Positions 1 to 14,563 of a DNA stretch of 64,000 bases are shown here, piece by piece. The position numbers and the translations under genes are program-made. Origin of the DNA: Tubulanus polymorphus (lineage: Eukaryota > Animalia > Nemertea). The DNA lies in contig NC_134028.1 of NCBI RefSeq assembly GCF_964204645.1, forward strand, positions 23,308,345 to 23,372,344. The letters are read 5' to 3'. The notes under the pieces were generated by a model, which did not search any database, was not told where the DNA came from, and saw only the letters and a list, made by a program, of their open reading frames with translations. Every line of letters starts with the position of its first letter. The stretch's first letter is position 1.

Positions 1-1725
1 CTGTTCAATTACTTTTTGCGACAGCGACTCGGCAGGAGATGGGAACAACTATCATATAGTTAGCCTTGATTCCGTCTGTCAGCGAAAAGCCTTAACCTCA
101 CTCTCGGTCTTGACCAACACCACCACCTGGCGGGTTGACTGACTGATAAAGAAAATATCAACTGCTGAAACCACGACGCCCCAGAGTTCCGGAATGATCA
201 ATACTATTTTAGATTTCACAATCACAGAACTACTCAAATATCGAATAATTTGAATACTGTTATGCATCAATATGTGCTAATCTTGAAATGTTATGCAAAT
301 AATTCCAAAACAAATCAATTTGTCGCGGAAGATTTCTCCTAGGAATTAATCGTGTTTGCTATTCATCCAACTAGCAACAGAATGACCCTAAAATCAGTGC
401 AGAACCGAAGCATTACGTAGATGCGTCGAAATGTTTGAAGACGCCTCGGAGAACATCGATCTTACGACACGCAGCAGATAGGTTCCACGTTTCAAAATAA
501 ATGCCGCAAAAAAAACCGATCGAAGAGGCTCAACGTCTTGAAATGAGAAGATTTCTCGATAAAAACAAAGTACCGCGCGTCAATAATGACGGGATAAACA
601 ACGGAGGCAGAATAGACTAGATTCAATGAAATGGAAATAAGCATCGAACACTCGATGAATGCAAGGTCTGATACGGTTGTTTGTTTGGGTGTGGTCAGCA
701 ACATACCAGCACACGCGCTTTCTCTCTCCCGAGTCCTCCCACATCAGCGCGTTTCAATAGTGACAAATATCAACATTCAGAATCGATGGCACAACCAGAA
801 TCTTAGTTTGTGGCATCGATTCATATCTGTGCGGAGTGTACCCGCGCGCCCGCTGTATAATCAACTGCGAATCGAGGTTCGAAGATATGGCTTCGAGCGA
901 AATTAATTGCTCCTCTCTCTCTCTTCTCTCCTGAACGACCGAGGAATGAATGACAAGCCACAATTAACACAGCTCTCGGGTCAACATGTCATCGTATGGC
1001 GCCCGGAACATCTTGCATACACTCAGGTGAAATGTAAATATCAATATGCATACATTCAATATTTCCGTATGTCTCAGTAACGAGGGATTTGATGGCGTAT
1101 TACATTACCGAGTTCTTCCTCTGCAACCGGGTACAATTTACATGAATCATTAACAGCAGAAGCAAATCGCAATTGAAGTCAGAGAATGTCTCGAACTCCC
1201 AACGGAGCTGACATTTCTTTGATCAAACAGATATACCTGCCTCACGGAGGGGGGGACATAACCCATGAATTATGAAATTAAAGCGTATTCGCATTTGCTG
1301 CGAACGATGTGAAAATGGAACGTCAATGAATGGTTGAGACGATTTGTAGAACGTAGCATGGAACATATTGATGACAAAATTAATCCGCATGCAGGCTGAG
1401 CTTTTTTGATTGGCAATTCTATTTCAAGAAAGAGGTAACTTTTTCACCGTGAAGAAGGCACTTTCCTTCGAAAAGGCCAGATCTTAAACCTGTGATGAGA
1501 ATGATTTTTTTGATACCCTAAACTTAAAACAGCGTCTCGTTCATAATCTTCATGATTAAGTTGTTTTAGGTTTTAAGATTGCTTCTAATTTTCGCAAAAT
1601 ATCGAAAAATATCCAGATATCGAAAAAACATGACCCGGATATTTTTACACAGGCTTTTTAAAGGGAGCTTTTAGTTGGTCCGTTTAGCTGCCCCCTTACA
1701 ACCGCCGGAGTAGAACTACCAAATA

Positions 1726-1887
1726 CAGTAGAACCTCGTTACAAAGAACTTCAGAGGGATCAAAAAATCTGTTATAACCGAAAGTTAGTTACATCCAGTA
1801 TGAAATTATTGATTTTGGGATAAAATTCTAGATTTGTAAGAACTGATAAATCGTGACCTGCGAGGTCGTTATAACGAAGTTCCCCTG
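1726..1887. mobile_element. Tc1/pogo-type MITE
   Basis: TA|CAGTAGAACCTCGTTA ... TAACGAAGTTCCCCTG|TA. Related elements at 37218-37357, about 5304, and 35093-35270. Confidence 0.7.
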
Positions 1888-4800
1888 TATCAAGACAGTG
1901 ACATCGAGTTTTCGTTTCTCAGTAAGGACTGATTTGACTCCATTTGCACCGAAGCCGCGCGGAGAAACATAATTCCGTTGCGCAGTAATTTTTTTGGTAC
2001 GTGTGCATTAATCCTATCAGCCGAGAGGCAATTACTGCTGCTACGTATATATCGATTATCTCATTGGACCGTATCAATTGATACTGAAGATGACGTCAGC
2101 AGAAATAATGACATCACCCATATGATATGGTACTAGTCGATGGCGGCGAAAAAGTATGTTCAATACGTTCGGAGCTTCGGGAGCGGTATCTATACGTTAT
2201 ACTTCATATACACCACAACTGACTATAGACAACTTGATACGTCAGAACTGGAGTGAAATAATACAAGTAACTAGTTTTAATTATACGGAATTTTGCTGAT
2301 ATTTTTCTATGGAATTCTTCGCGAGGTGCGGTATTAGAAGGAGCGCTCACGCTCTCTCCTTCGACAGGTTACTTCTACAGAGGAACAGAAGGCTTCGCTC
2401 GATTAAGAGCCAATCATCCTGATTATTTCCCCATTCCTTACATATTTCGGTCACGGGAGTTTTCTGAATATCTTCCACAGCTACAGTTCTATCCTTAGCT
2501 GGAACAGTTCGCCAGCAACACAAGTGAAAATAGTGAAACCGATTAGAGCCCATGCCCATATTGCGGTCACGCGATGCTTATTTCGATTATAGTAACGAAA
2601 AAAAGATTATAGTCACGAAGTTAAGCCGTTTTAGTGTGTATGGAGGTACAGAATATGCACTAATTTATTAGGGCCCTTGAACACATTATATACCCGATAT
2701 AAGCGTTTTTCAAAACTTCAAAAACCTGGTAAAGACCCGCTATGACCCCTTTCAACAGATTTCTGTCTATGACTGATTGACCAAACGGTCCAGTGCAGTG
2801 ATACTTTATCTGGACACCACTGATAATAGGCTTCCGATGAAAGGGGTTGCATTCTGCGACCTATGGCATTTACACAACCTTGAAAACACTGTGTCAGTGT
2901 CATCGCCGGAAACCACAACAATTTTCTCGATTTCACATTCATACATCAATTTGAATCAGATCGATGTGTAGAGATGTTGTTTCAAATCAGATCGGGTGCG
3001 TGGTGCAAAGGCCAAAGGCAGAAAAGTTTCAATTAGACCGCGAGACTTCTAGAGTTGTTGAATAACGTTTCCGCAGGGAGGACACGGTAATTCAATTCAT
3101 GTTACATCGGTTTAACTGTATAAATCATTAAATCGATAGACACTGTTCTGTCAATTTATACAGACGATTTCAATTTCTCGGTTGTACAGTTCAATTGATT
3201 TCAGACGAGATGACTTGTGTATTTTTAACTAGATTTTGGTTTACAGGTAGACGCTGTATACGGCTGCGCGTTATGAACCGTGCCAAATATAATGTGTTCA
3301 ATCTTGTGTCTGCCGGCGATGGGTGTGACCAGTACTACCGACAAAAATAAACAGCGTAAAAATATTCAACACCTTTACAGCCCTGCATAGAACGACTGGT
3401 ACAGACTGTTTCTTAGCACATCCCGAGGAAAGTTTACCCTGGAATCTTTCTTGAAGTTATCGCTTAGATTTCCAGAGGTTGCATTCAACAGGGCGGGCCC
3501 AGGGGCAAGATGAGAAAGTCTTGCCAAATATTTCTCAGTAAGACCTCTAGATCAAACCCCTTATAACACCAACTGTTGCTGCATCGAGACTTTCGCTTTT
3601 TGTGCGCAAACAGTCAATTGCAGTTCGAAACAGATTTCAACGTAGATGCTGATAATATCTGTTTGTCAAATGCGACGAATAGAGGAACGGCTTAATGGGC
3701 GACTTAAACGGCGTAAATAGATCTACGAATTATCTTCATTCCATTAGGACAATACTTCACACGAGTATTATCATCGTTAGCTTCATCGTCATCGCGGGTA
3801 GGGGAACTAGCGGGGAAAAACTGTCGTCATCGTCATCCGAGACATTTCTGTGCATTGGTCGTAGCTATGGAAACTGGCTGTTATTACACCTGCCGTTACG
3901 ATGACGCTCGGTGATGACACTATTAATCACCGAAATATCCAACACACTCACAGACACTCACAGGCACTCACACACTCACGGCTAACGTAAAACGTATGAG
4001 TTCCATAAATATACAAACAGTATACCCTACAACTATACTTAGGCAGAAATTCCGGTTAAAAAACTCTCGACCGGCCTTCTCGGTTCCGATATAGGTCTCT
4101 ACCGATTCCAGAATTCCTTTTCTGGCGCGTTCGTTTCGACCCTAAGTATTGCGGAATAGCATAATCCGTAAACCTGATAGAAGCGGCCGGTAGAGATCTC
4201 GCAACCAGGAATTTCTATTCCTTAACCGGAACGCGCCAGAAGAGAATTCATGAATTGGTATTATAGGCTAGAGACCAATCGAAACCTGTCTCAGCATGGT
4301 TATCTTGAACTTCACCCAGTCCTGTTAGTGGTTATATCAACAGACAAACCAACAACGAGGACAATTCGTTCAAATTTAATGGTACAAGCTCTGGTGCAAG
4401 CCATAGATGCCAATTTTGAATGACTTGCCATGATGTTCAAAAAAGGCTGATTAAACCATGTGACAATTTCTGTCATTCATTATTGTTTGTTGACAAGATG
4501 AAAAGGAGCATACAGAAATTGATGGACTTGCACAAGCCTCATAAATCGCCCTGGATCCGCCCCGCTGACACTAAGATTCTTGGTGAAACCAGAATCGACT
4601 AGAACCGGGCATTTCACAATGAGCCGATTGTTATTTCAGTACTAATATGATTACATCAATCTAGAGAAGTATCAAACCTGAAGTGTGTTAGCTATGACTA
4701 TTCATGCAGTCTTCAATCGGCCCATCAATTCACATTGAGTGTTTTAAAAGTAGCCGATGCTTTTTTGACCTGCGATAAACGAATGTATCGAATTTGAACT

Positions 4801-5440
4801 CCCGCGATAGAACAAAAACACGTGCTGCAGGTGTATAAACCATTATTGCTAAGCCACGTGTTTTCCATCAAATCAAATACCAGTTCAATGATTCAACTAA
4901 ATGATCATCTGTGATTCCTCACACCGGGCATCTACTTTTTAACTGTTGATCAGTTTTTGTTGATCAGTTTCACCTCAATAGAGTCTGATTACTCCGGCGT
5001 TCAACCACAAACCTAAGGATGGGGATATGTTCATTCGTCTTATTTACCCGTACCTCAGGTGTTTTGAATGTAAATCTAACAAAAAATGGTATTTCACAAA
5101 ATAGCTCACGAATTCGAACTCCGATTGAGCAAAACATTCAAAAAGGCTATCAATATAATTGGTGTAGATATCATTTTTATATCATTCACAGTTATTCTGG
5201 ATAACAATTGATGAAACCCTCCGAATGCGTTTTGTGACGTTAATATAGAAAACCCCAAACTCAGAATGAAAAGTAAGGACCAAAATGTTTCCTTGAGCTA
5301 GTACAGTAAACCTCTCCCAACTGGGACCAACTGGGACCTGCAGAATTGGTACGAGGTAAGCGAAAGTCAGAGTTAAGGATGGTAAAACACGTTAAGTCAC
5401 AGAAATTTATTTCTGGCATAGGTTCCATTGATAGATAACG

Positions 5441-5855
5441 TAGAGAATCCCACAATTATAACGAAAGAAGGATATCAAGTCCGAAAATGTTTCCTAGAGC
5501 TAGGTGTTAATTCGACGTCTCGACTTCATCCTAATAATAGTCATCTTCAGAAATCATTGGAATGAAGGAAACATTTCGGACTTAAACATAGAGAGAATCC
5601 CACAATTATAACGAAATGAAAATGAAGTCCGAAAATGTAGAGCTATAGTTTATTCAACGATTTGACTTTATTCTATATTTCTAGTCATCTTCAGGAATAA
5701 GTAGGAATACAGTATTCCTAAAGATGACTAGAATGTAGTTGAATAAACTACCATCTCCAGGAAAAACTTTCGGACTTAGTTTTCATTGTGAGATCTCTAT
5801 ATTATCGCTATAACTCGGACTGTGTTTTATCAATGGTTATTTCGGACCTTATTTT
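5441..5855. repeat. Tandem and inverted copies of a Penelope-like terminal fragment
   Basis: GAGAATCCCACAATTATAACGAA...GTCCGAAAATGT...GAGCTA...AGTCATCTTCAG occurs twice (from 5441 and about 5590) and then inverted (about 5715-5850). Further copies near 13490-13650 and 45240-45340. Confidence 0.55.
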
Positions 5856-8800
5856 TTTCATTCTGCGGGATTTTCTACTTTATTGTGGATAAGTTCAGTA
5901 GTTCGTGATTGAGACCGCTCGGGGTATTGATTACACAACGAAGAATAATTGAAAGATTTCACGCGCACAGAGAGAGATGTCATCTTACTAAAACAGCGAG
6001 TTTTGTCGTCCGCGATATGAAAGACTGCGCACTCGATGAAAAATGATAGAAACAAGCTGTGACAATAATATATAGCAAAACACAGCTGTCCTGTACTGTA
6101 TGTACGTAGTCGACTGTTGAGTAGAAAACTCCGTGTTCTTACTATAAATAGATTAAAATTTACATGAATCGAAGACTTGTTTAACAGACGCGATCGAAAA
6201 AACGAAATCAACGCTCGGTTACTCTATTTATGGAAAGTGAAAATTGACGTGACGGCGCAGAATGAATGACGTATACATGTACATATGAATGACTAGGTTT
6301 CTGCCCCCCCCCCCCCCCAGAGATATTTCACTGAGAACCTTAAGGCCATAAGGATATATCCCTAATATTGACTCCAAGATGTGGACGCCATATACGTGGC
6401 GATTTCAAACTTCTTATTATATAGTCCTTACGCCGCTCTCACTCAACCGAATTTGACAAATAAACTAACATCATAAACCTCATATCTCGACTGATAATCG
6501 GGGCTGGGCGGCTATTCGGAGCAGATGTACGAAGCGCCGCGAACCTGCGGCTGAAAATCAACTGCTCACTAATTACATTTTAGCTGCTACAAGCATCACC
6601 TTGTAATACTGTAAAACTGCGTTTGGGAAAAAAATCTGTTTTTTTTAAATGGCTCAAAACATTTTAGCAGAAACGTAACAAAATCCTCCATTATTTTTCG
6701 TATTGTGGTTTTGTCTTCAATGAATAACGTGCCTCATGCCGATATATGCGTCTAGATATAACACAAGGGGCGTGTAGATATTTTTGTACGTCTGGGACAT
6801 ACAGAGATAATTACAAAACAGCTTCGACTTTTTAGGCCTCGCCAGAAAAACGACTGTAACTACAAACTGCACGCATTACGTCAATATGTTCGATTATCAT
6901 TAGATACTACTAACACTGGTGAAAATGTTTCCAATCACGCAGCCCTACATCGGTAACATTCACCACTCGTCTGTGAAAATAATACACGCGCTTTTTTCAT
7001 TAAAGAAACGTCCAATCAATGCGCGCATAACGACGTTTCATTGTGCCCCTATATACGGTTGCCAGGATACCCCGCATCCATCTAGTGGCGTGGTACATTA
7101 TAGTTATCAGATGATATAATTATAGGGGATAGATTAATGAGTAGTAATGCCGGGACTGCAATTATGAGCTTAACCACGGATTGCAGGAATATACGTCAAA
7201 CAGCAACAAATCACTCATTAATCATTTAAACATTGTGTCGTCTATAATACACTATAGGTGTTGCCAGGGGGTCGAGGGGCGCTAACAAATCCGCTTTATT
7301 CACATCTCGGTTTATAATCTTAGTACGAAGAAGTACAATGATTGCGCAAGCGGCTGCTATACTTTTTTCTAGGGTGATGGGAAAGCTATCGAGCTCTTTC
7401 TGAATTTCAAAATATGTTCGTGGCAGGATCCCGGATACCCCTCGAGGGAGTCCTGCCCGCGGTACCTATTCGCGGTACGCCGACACAAATCCAGATCCCA
7501 ATCAATAATTCCTGGTCGCCCATATATAGTGTACGCGGTGGAGATATCTCAATCAAAATCACCACCACGCGCGTTTTTGAGAAAAAAAGCGTGTCAAGAG
7601 CTTCGACAGAATTATGAGTCAACGAGTAAGATCTTAGCAATTATCGCTTCATTTATCATATTTAGCCGACAAGCCGACAAGCAGGACTCAACCCTGCAGT
7701 TCACGTGTCAGTGTAGGGGATACAAGTTGAGATACATATATAGTAAGTATTTTCCGAATCAACATACACATACTTATAACCTTATATACTTATATATACT
7801 TATATACGTATGTCACAATCGAAGGAAAAGTCGAAGTAAACATTTTGCCAAATACACGTAGGATGATACGATTCCGCGATGAATAGATATCGATGATGAA
7901 AATAATTCCCAAGCCGAAATTTGAAATCTGAAATCTACAGGGAAAACTGAGGGTACAACGTACAACCCCCCCCCCCACCCAATGTTTTCAAAAATAGATT
8001 TCCAAACCTGGCTAAAGGAAGTTACACGTACTGGCAGATTATTGCTGGTCATTGCGATTTAGAATTACTGCAGATGCTCAGAAAATGATATTCTATTTTT
8101 TTCAAAATGTCTAGGGACAAAATTCCCCATAAAAGGCTTCGCACCAATAGTGCTCGCTGTGCATAGACCATGTGCAACTAGAAAGTTTTGGTCACCGCTA
8201 ATTCTAGATTTCTGGATCCGCCCGCGAAATAAAAGTCGAGACAAAAACAAGTAACTCGGCTGTCTGTAACAGACGTAGCGTAGCAGCCAATCAGGCTAGT
8301 AAACACAGGCCACATATGGAATCTACTCCGTCAAATATTTGCATAGAAACAAATCAAATCGTAGCCGCCGATACCTGAACTAACTAACGGATATACAGCT
8401 TACTACAGCCTCATCAGCAACTATACATCAAACACTGATGAGTTCACACAGACTATCGACTGACAGACGGAAACAATAGTAATCAAACTCTATAGCTTTC
8501 TCATCTCTCTCTCTTCTTCAACTGATACATAGTAATCATTCGTATTTTCATTTTAATGAAAAAGTTTATTTTTAGCGTTGCAACGTCAAACAGTCATCTT
8601 TTTATTCGAGATCTAAGATATGCCATCAGCTATTTTGAGAGGAAATAAAGGCTTTTTCTAACAATTTGCGAGTTATTTTTGGAACCCAAAACAGTACGTG
8701 TCAAACGAACTGCCGTGTCATCATTGATACTGACAGTGATTTGCTTTGTCTGAAAATTCGAAATAAACAGGGGCGGATTTAGGAAGGAGCACCGAGGCAC

Positions 8801-11800
8801 GTGCTCCCCCTAAAAATGTCAGTAAAAAAATCTGGACCAACCATTTTATCACATTGTGCCTTAAATATTTTTTCTTTTGAAAAGCAAGAGTTCTCATGTA
8901 GGATTTATAGTAGTAGATAGTTGCATTTTTAAGGATGATTTATGCACTCTACTCATTAGTCATTGTTTTATGGTGCAAATGTAGATATGTTGTTCTAAGA
9001 AAAGATTGATAAGATGATAACTCTCCGATCTCATTTGGTTTTTGGTCTGAGAGTGGATGGTCGTGTATTGAGGATCATAACATCAAGGTGCCTCTGAAAT
9101 GCATCTAGTGGGCTTCATTTTAAAAAAATGTTCTTAAAAGGTACAGGCTACAAGGGGTAACTGGACTGCCCTGAAATTCGTCACCGTTCATCACAGGGCA
9201 CAATGACGCCATCAACAGGTTCAGTTACCATGGCGATTACGGTTTCATCTGGAATGAGACAGGCGAGTGATGAACGTTAATAGCAATCAATACGAGAGGT
9301 ATTCACACAGACCAGCCAGGGTACCACTGCAGTCCCTTAACTATTTATGATATTTCATTAAACGTTGTGAATTGGTCAGATTTCTGTGCCCATTAGAAAC
9401 AAGGAGGGATAGAGAGGGGGAGGTAGGGATGGGGGAGAGAGGGGGTGAAGAGATCGGGTGAAATTGCTCCGAATTTGCCAAACTTAAGATAGACTATCAA
9501 ACTGTTGCTAAGGTTTCGTCATTGATGAAGTAGTTCTTTAAAGAAAAAACCTATGCAAAAACTCTACTGAAGTTAGATAATCATAAATCACTCGATTTTC
9601 ACTGTTCGATGAGAAAAAGCAGGAAGAAAAGTTGCACGATATTTGACTGAGCGAAGAAGCAGTCGGTATAATGTACAGGTGACTCTCTTCAAGGAGCAGA
9701 TATCAGTAAAGATTACCGCAATCAAGAATGGAATTTGCTCAGGGGAGTGTTTTCAAATACTTCAGGCCTCCAACCCCTCACTATACAGTAGAAAATACAT
9801 ACACGCGTTCATTCAGATAATTCCATCAAGCCAACTTCAAACTTCTATCTTCGATTTAAACAAGACAGAAAATCAGTAATATCGATCGACCGCCCGGCTC
9901 TACCTGTGTGTACTTCGATTTCCGATATCAAAATAGTTATAGTTTATTTAGCTTGAAATCGAATCCCCCTGTTTCGTTCCCGGTAGTTGTAGTGGGTTTG
10001 AAAAGGATACCATGTCAAAATAAAGAACCAAATCGATTATTCGAATGAATAAAAAGGAGGGACAATACCCTATTTCATAAAAAACTAGACTTACAATCCA
10101 CGAATGGAACATCATTAGCCATACTGTACAATAAGAGCGAGAAACCATGAATTTGTGAGTGAAGTGTGCATTTGGGTACCTGTTGCCACAAGCGAAAACT
10201 TTAAACAGGTTTAACCTGCTAATATATGTCTACATTATGTACGTTCATACTTTATAACTCACATTTATTAGTTAAATAGAGAATAATAATCATAAGGGTT
10301 GGCGATAGTGTGTCAAATGTGGATGAGTTTAGTGGTCGGTGCTGGCTTTAATTTCATTAATCAGAATAATTCAGAAGTAAGGACGTCACACAAGCGAGTA
10401 CATACGATAATCCAATAGTCGATATCATCAACGAATATATAATCAATAAAACCCTTAATTAAGTCAGAAATCATTTCGAAAATCTAATGACGGATGCATA
10501 ATCGTGAGATGTGTCGTTTATATGGATGATCATAGGATCATTGAGCTTTTAAGTTTGTTTTATTTACGAAAACGCAAAACGATGGGCTTGAAGAACATTG
10601 AATTAAGAACTTGGACCAAGAGTAGTGGAACTGACCCCTGATTTGGATATGCTAGTAGTTTTTTGCTTGACATCAAGCCTTTAGCTAGTACGCAGCGCCC
10701 AAGCTGGAGGAAACAAAGCTGAAGCTGATTTTGACCCGGTAGCCAATCAACCCAATTGAGACGACTCTTAAAACGAAGTCAAGATCGGAGTTCTTCTTGT
10801 CTGTGGACTGATATCATCCTGATATAAATGATTGCATTGAACGCTGCTGGGGTCATAATCTGTTGACGAATTAAACATGCCCCGAAGTATAACCGGTGAG
10901 ATTACTAGTAAGATACTCTTGTAACAATCACCAACAAGTCTGAAAGTGTCATTGAAAAACTGATGTCGAAACAATAGATTAATTACGCACTGAACGATGG
11001 TGAGGTTATGAAATCGATATGCAATCAACCAAGTCAATAACAACACACTTAGAATCGTTGTTCGGTAATTCATCCATTGACGAACTAGGATAAAGAAGGC
11101 TAATTATCAACATCGGGTCCGAATTCATACATACATACATACATACATTGACGTCAAACTCTGTAATCTATATTATCAGGTTTACTAAGCTTATAACGCG
11201 CATGCCTGATAGCATCATCTATATATCAACAGTATTTCGAGATTTGTCACCGACCAAGATCCATAGCTTCCCATATATATAGGTTTGACTTCAGAGGCTA
11301 AGTTTCACAAAAAGGTCAATCGATTAATGGCGAACTGAATAATTGAAGAATTCAAATTAAGTGTCTAATGAAACTAGGGGTTTGAATCTAATTCACGACG
11401 GTTTACCGGAACAAAATATTTAAATCAATTTGGAATTGAACTCTATGGTCGAAACGACAAGATTTCGAAGTCGGCGACGGAATGAAATTGGCACCCGACT
11501 CAGACACGAAGTAATAATTTCCTTCGCCGCATGCGCCGCGTCTGAATCACGGAGAACAATTTATACCTGGATCCAATCTACCTCGAGATGAGACAAAAAC
11601 ACTAGTTGTCATAGCAACCCGGTGATGACATCACGGTAGTCTCTGGGTAATCTTTTCGAAGACAACCTGGGAATCGGTTACGTCTGCGCGAAGGCACTAG
11701 GGGGTTCGTCGTGTCACCTACAAGTCGGAAATAATTTTATCCAGCAAGGGAGGGAGGGGCATGTCTATAGCGATCAACTGTTTTCTACCAAAAACAAGTG

Positions 11801-13247
11801 AAAATTCATTAACCAGAATACATTAGTGAACTGAACTTTTAGACGTTTTCACGTGATGATCATTACTAGTGAATGGACAGGGGGTAGGGGTACAGCGTGT
11901 TGTCTTACACAAGACCGCTCGCAAACCATATCAGATTGCATCAATTCATGATTCCACTATATTCCAGTTCCACGGTTGTAAATCAAGATTCGACTCGAGA
12001 GTTTTAACTCATCGAAAATGAACTAATTCTAGCTCATAGTTCACAACTGTGGAACAAGTCACCAGTTCGAAGGTCCATGTATGGTATGGTTTTCGAAAAA
12101 AAATATATACTCAAAAACCAGAAGCACAAAAGCGTTTACTGTATAGGATTTTCGCAATAGTTTTTCCGATAGTGGGCAACTATAGCAATTTGATCGATAA
12201 TCGATCTGGAAGTTTGACAATTGAGAACGAATTTAAGTTGGTACTGAAAAGACAGCACCTGTCGACGTATAAATACAGAACCATCATCATATTCTATTAA
12301 TCATTATTCAGAGGTTTTGAGTGCAGTCCACGAAGTAACTACAGTACAGCGCAGTGGTTCGAAAATAAATCATATCCCAATCATTATCTCAGATGTTAAA
12401 AAAGATCAGACGTGTGATATCGGCAAACAAGAAACACGGAAATGCAGCCAGATACCGGAACAATACCGACGGGATGTTAGCTTCATATATATTTCGATCA
12501 ATACACCAATATCTTCGATGATCTGTAATGGATTTTTAAGCAGACAATAAAATATGGATGACAGTGTATACAGCTGTTGGTTGATAGAAAATACGAAGAC
12601 GCTTTTATGAGAGTGCGTGTATAACCACCAGGGGTGATAACGTAATATACCTACAACACAGGGAGTATATAATATTGAAGATATATTCGAAGCTGGGTGG
12701 GGTTGTTATTGTAAACTTTTTTCGGCTGTTGATTTCACAGCGATATCGGTTTACACAACCTCAGATTACATCTATTTTCCTAATAATCAAAATAGCACTC
12801 TGGACATATGTCTACTAGGATAATTGTTGTTTTGCTCGCGTCTACGATAGAAACATTTGCGTTAGATTCTACGAAAAAATTTTCCCAGCGAGAATCACAG
12901 GAAAAGAATCGACAACAACTTTCAATGCGAAATTGTGGCAAGAGCTGAAAAACGTCGATGTTGCTTCCGGTGTGTATGTGCGCGTGATGGGGATATTATA
13001 CGTACTTAAGTTTCATGTTTACCCCAGTCTAAACGAGTCTGAACGAAGATAAATGAATGAAATGAAAATGAAAGTGAACAAACAACGCTTCGGTCTATAG
13101 TGTCTGAGATTATCAACATATTGTCTTTAAATAACTTACACTTTCGGTTTTAATTTTCCCAAGGTCAAACGAATGACGCGTTGCACGTTTCGATCGTAAA
13201 ACAATACATGTACCTCAAATAGTTTAGTTGTTTACAGTTCGATTCTT

Positions 13248-13878
13248 CAGGGCGGATCCACGGACTAATTGTGAAGATCTTGTGAATTTTTGATCAATAA
13301 AAAGGCATTTTTGAAGGCGTATTAGCAATAGTTGCCTTTCAAGATTAGTGGATTGCTAAGATGCATTTTACAGCGTTTCCAAGTATAAAGCATGTTCTTG
13401 CCCTAATTTGTACATACCTTTAACAATGACATGACTAATATTGAATGTCTTGTGACACTTCTAAGGGCACTGATCAGTTAAGGCAATCCTGAAGATGACT
13501 ATTATGTACGTAGGTTATTAGGAAACGTTGAATCAATGAATTATTAGCTTTAAAGAAAGTTTTCGGACTTTATCTTTTTCGTTATATACATCAGTGTGGG
13601 AATATCTATATATCGTCACTACACGGACATAGTGTTTCGCCAATGGTTATAGTGAAAAGGCATAATAATGAGGCATATCAGCAAAAGACGTCCCCCTTGA
13701 AAATCCGTGGATGGCTGAGATACATTTTACAGCATTTCCAAGTAGAAAACCTTATTCCTTTAGTCCATATTCTATGCAAAGAGAAGTTTATGAGATTAAG
13801 GCGTAATAAGGCGGTAAAAGGAAAGGACAACTCAAAGCATTTGTGGGTCTTTCGCGAGATCCCCTGGATCCGCCCCTG
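13248..13878. mobile_element. Longer member of the CAGGGGCGGATC MITE family
   Basis: Ends CAGGGCGGATCC / GGATCCGCCCCTG. Internal sequence is shared with 21913-22238 (direct) and 27683-27955 (inverted). Confidence 0.65.
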
Positions 13879-14197
13879 CGGTAAACTTTCTTGGATATTT
13901 CGCAAAAACCGACCGCGCGAAAAGGCGTCATTAAGTGTGACCGAAATCTAGGTCAATCGGATTGTCGACTAGAAAAAAACCATTCAAAAATAACATTGTC
14001 ATCGATTTCAGCCTCGAACTAAAACTTTAAACATCTCTGCAACAAACAAACACGCCTATAGATAAATGGTATTTTTATCCTCTCATTCAAAACCACACCC
14101 TTCAGGTGACCTTCCGTTGAATGAATTGATAATTCATCGTCGCAATCTATTAATAAAATCAATTAAATTAGCTAGATATCTATCTAAACTACGTTTG

Positions 14198-14207
14198 AAA
14201 AGGATAT
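14198..14207 (-). other. U12 (minor spliceosome) AT-AC type 5' splice site of Cav3 intron
   Basis: The minus strand reads TGGCC|ATATCCTTTT, the U12 donor consensus (RTATCCTTT), exactly where Cav3 homology stops. Confidence 0.85.
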
Positions 14208-14563
14208 GGCCAAGTGATCATCCGAAGGCACCAGTTCCTCGGAAACGATGTTTGATCCAAGCAGTAAAACGCTTTCCGTACAAATCCTGGATAAGGTAAA
14301 TCTTCGGTGTCGGCCTCCTCCGAACTCTGACCCGGCTCGTCTTCATCTGTGACCCTGTCGTCGATTTGCACCGATTTCTCGATGTTATTTTCGCGTTTTA
14401 ATACGCCGTGATTGTCATCGCTTACACCGGCAGCTGCAGCGGCTGCCTCCTCGTCGTCGCACGGTGCCACGATTTTCGGCACGGTCCCGCCGGCCATGCC
14501 GCCATCCGATAGCGTGGTGACGATTTTTGGAATAGTTCCGCTCGATTCTTCGGACATTTTCAT
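14208..14563 (-). CDS. CACNA1G: T-type voltage-gated calcium channel alpha-1 (Cav3), first coding exon; the rest of the gene apparently lies left of the window
   Basis: Translates MKMSEESSG...EDLPYPGFVRKAFYCLDQTSFPRNWCLRMITWP, matching the Cav3 pre-IS1 motif (PYP..F.CL.QT..PRNWCLR...P-W-F). ATG at 14563 or 14557. The exon ends in phase 2 at an ATATCCTTTT donor. The symbol marks the family only; invertebrates typically have one Cav3 gene. Confidence 0.88.

Noticed and set aside
5355-5380. TCCTTAAC on the minus strand as a U12 branch point for Cav3 exon 2
   Set aside because: It lies in a pogo-like MITE fragment, and the sequence after the nearby AC dinucleotides does not encode W-F-E.
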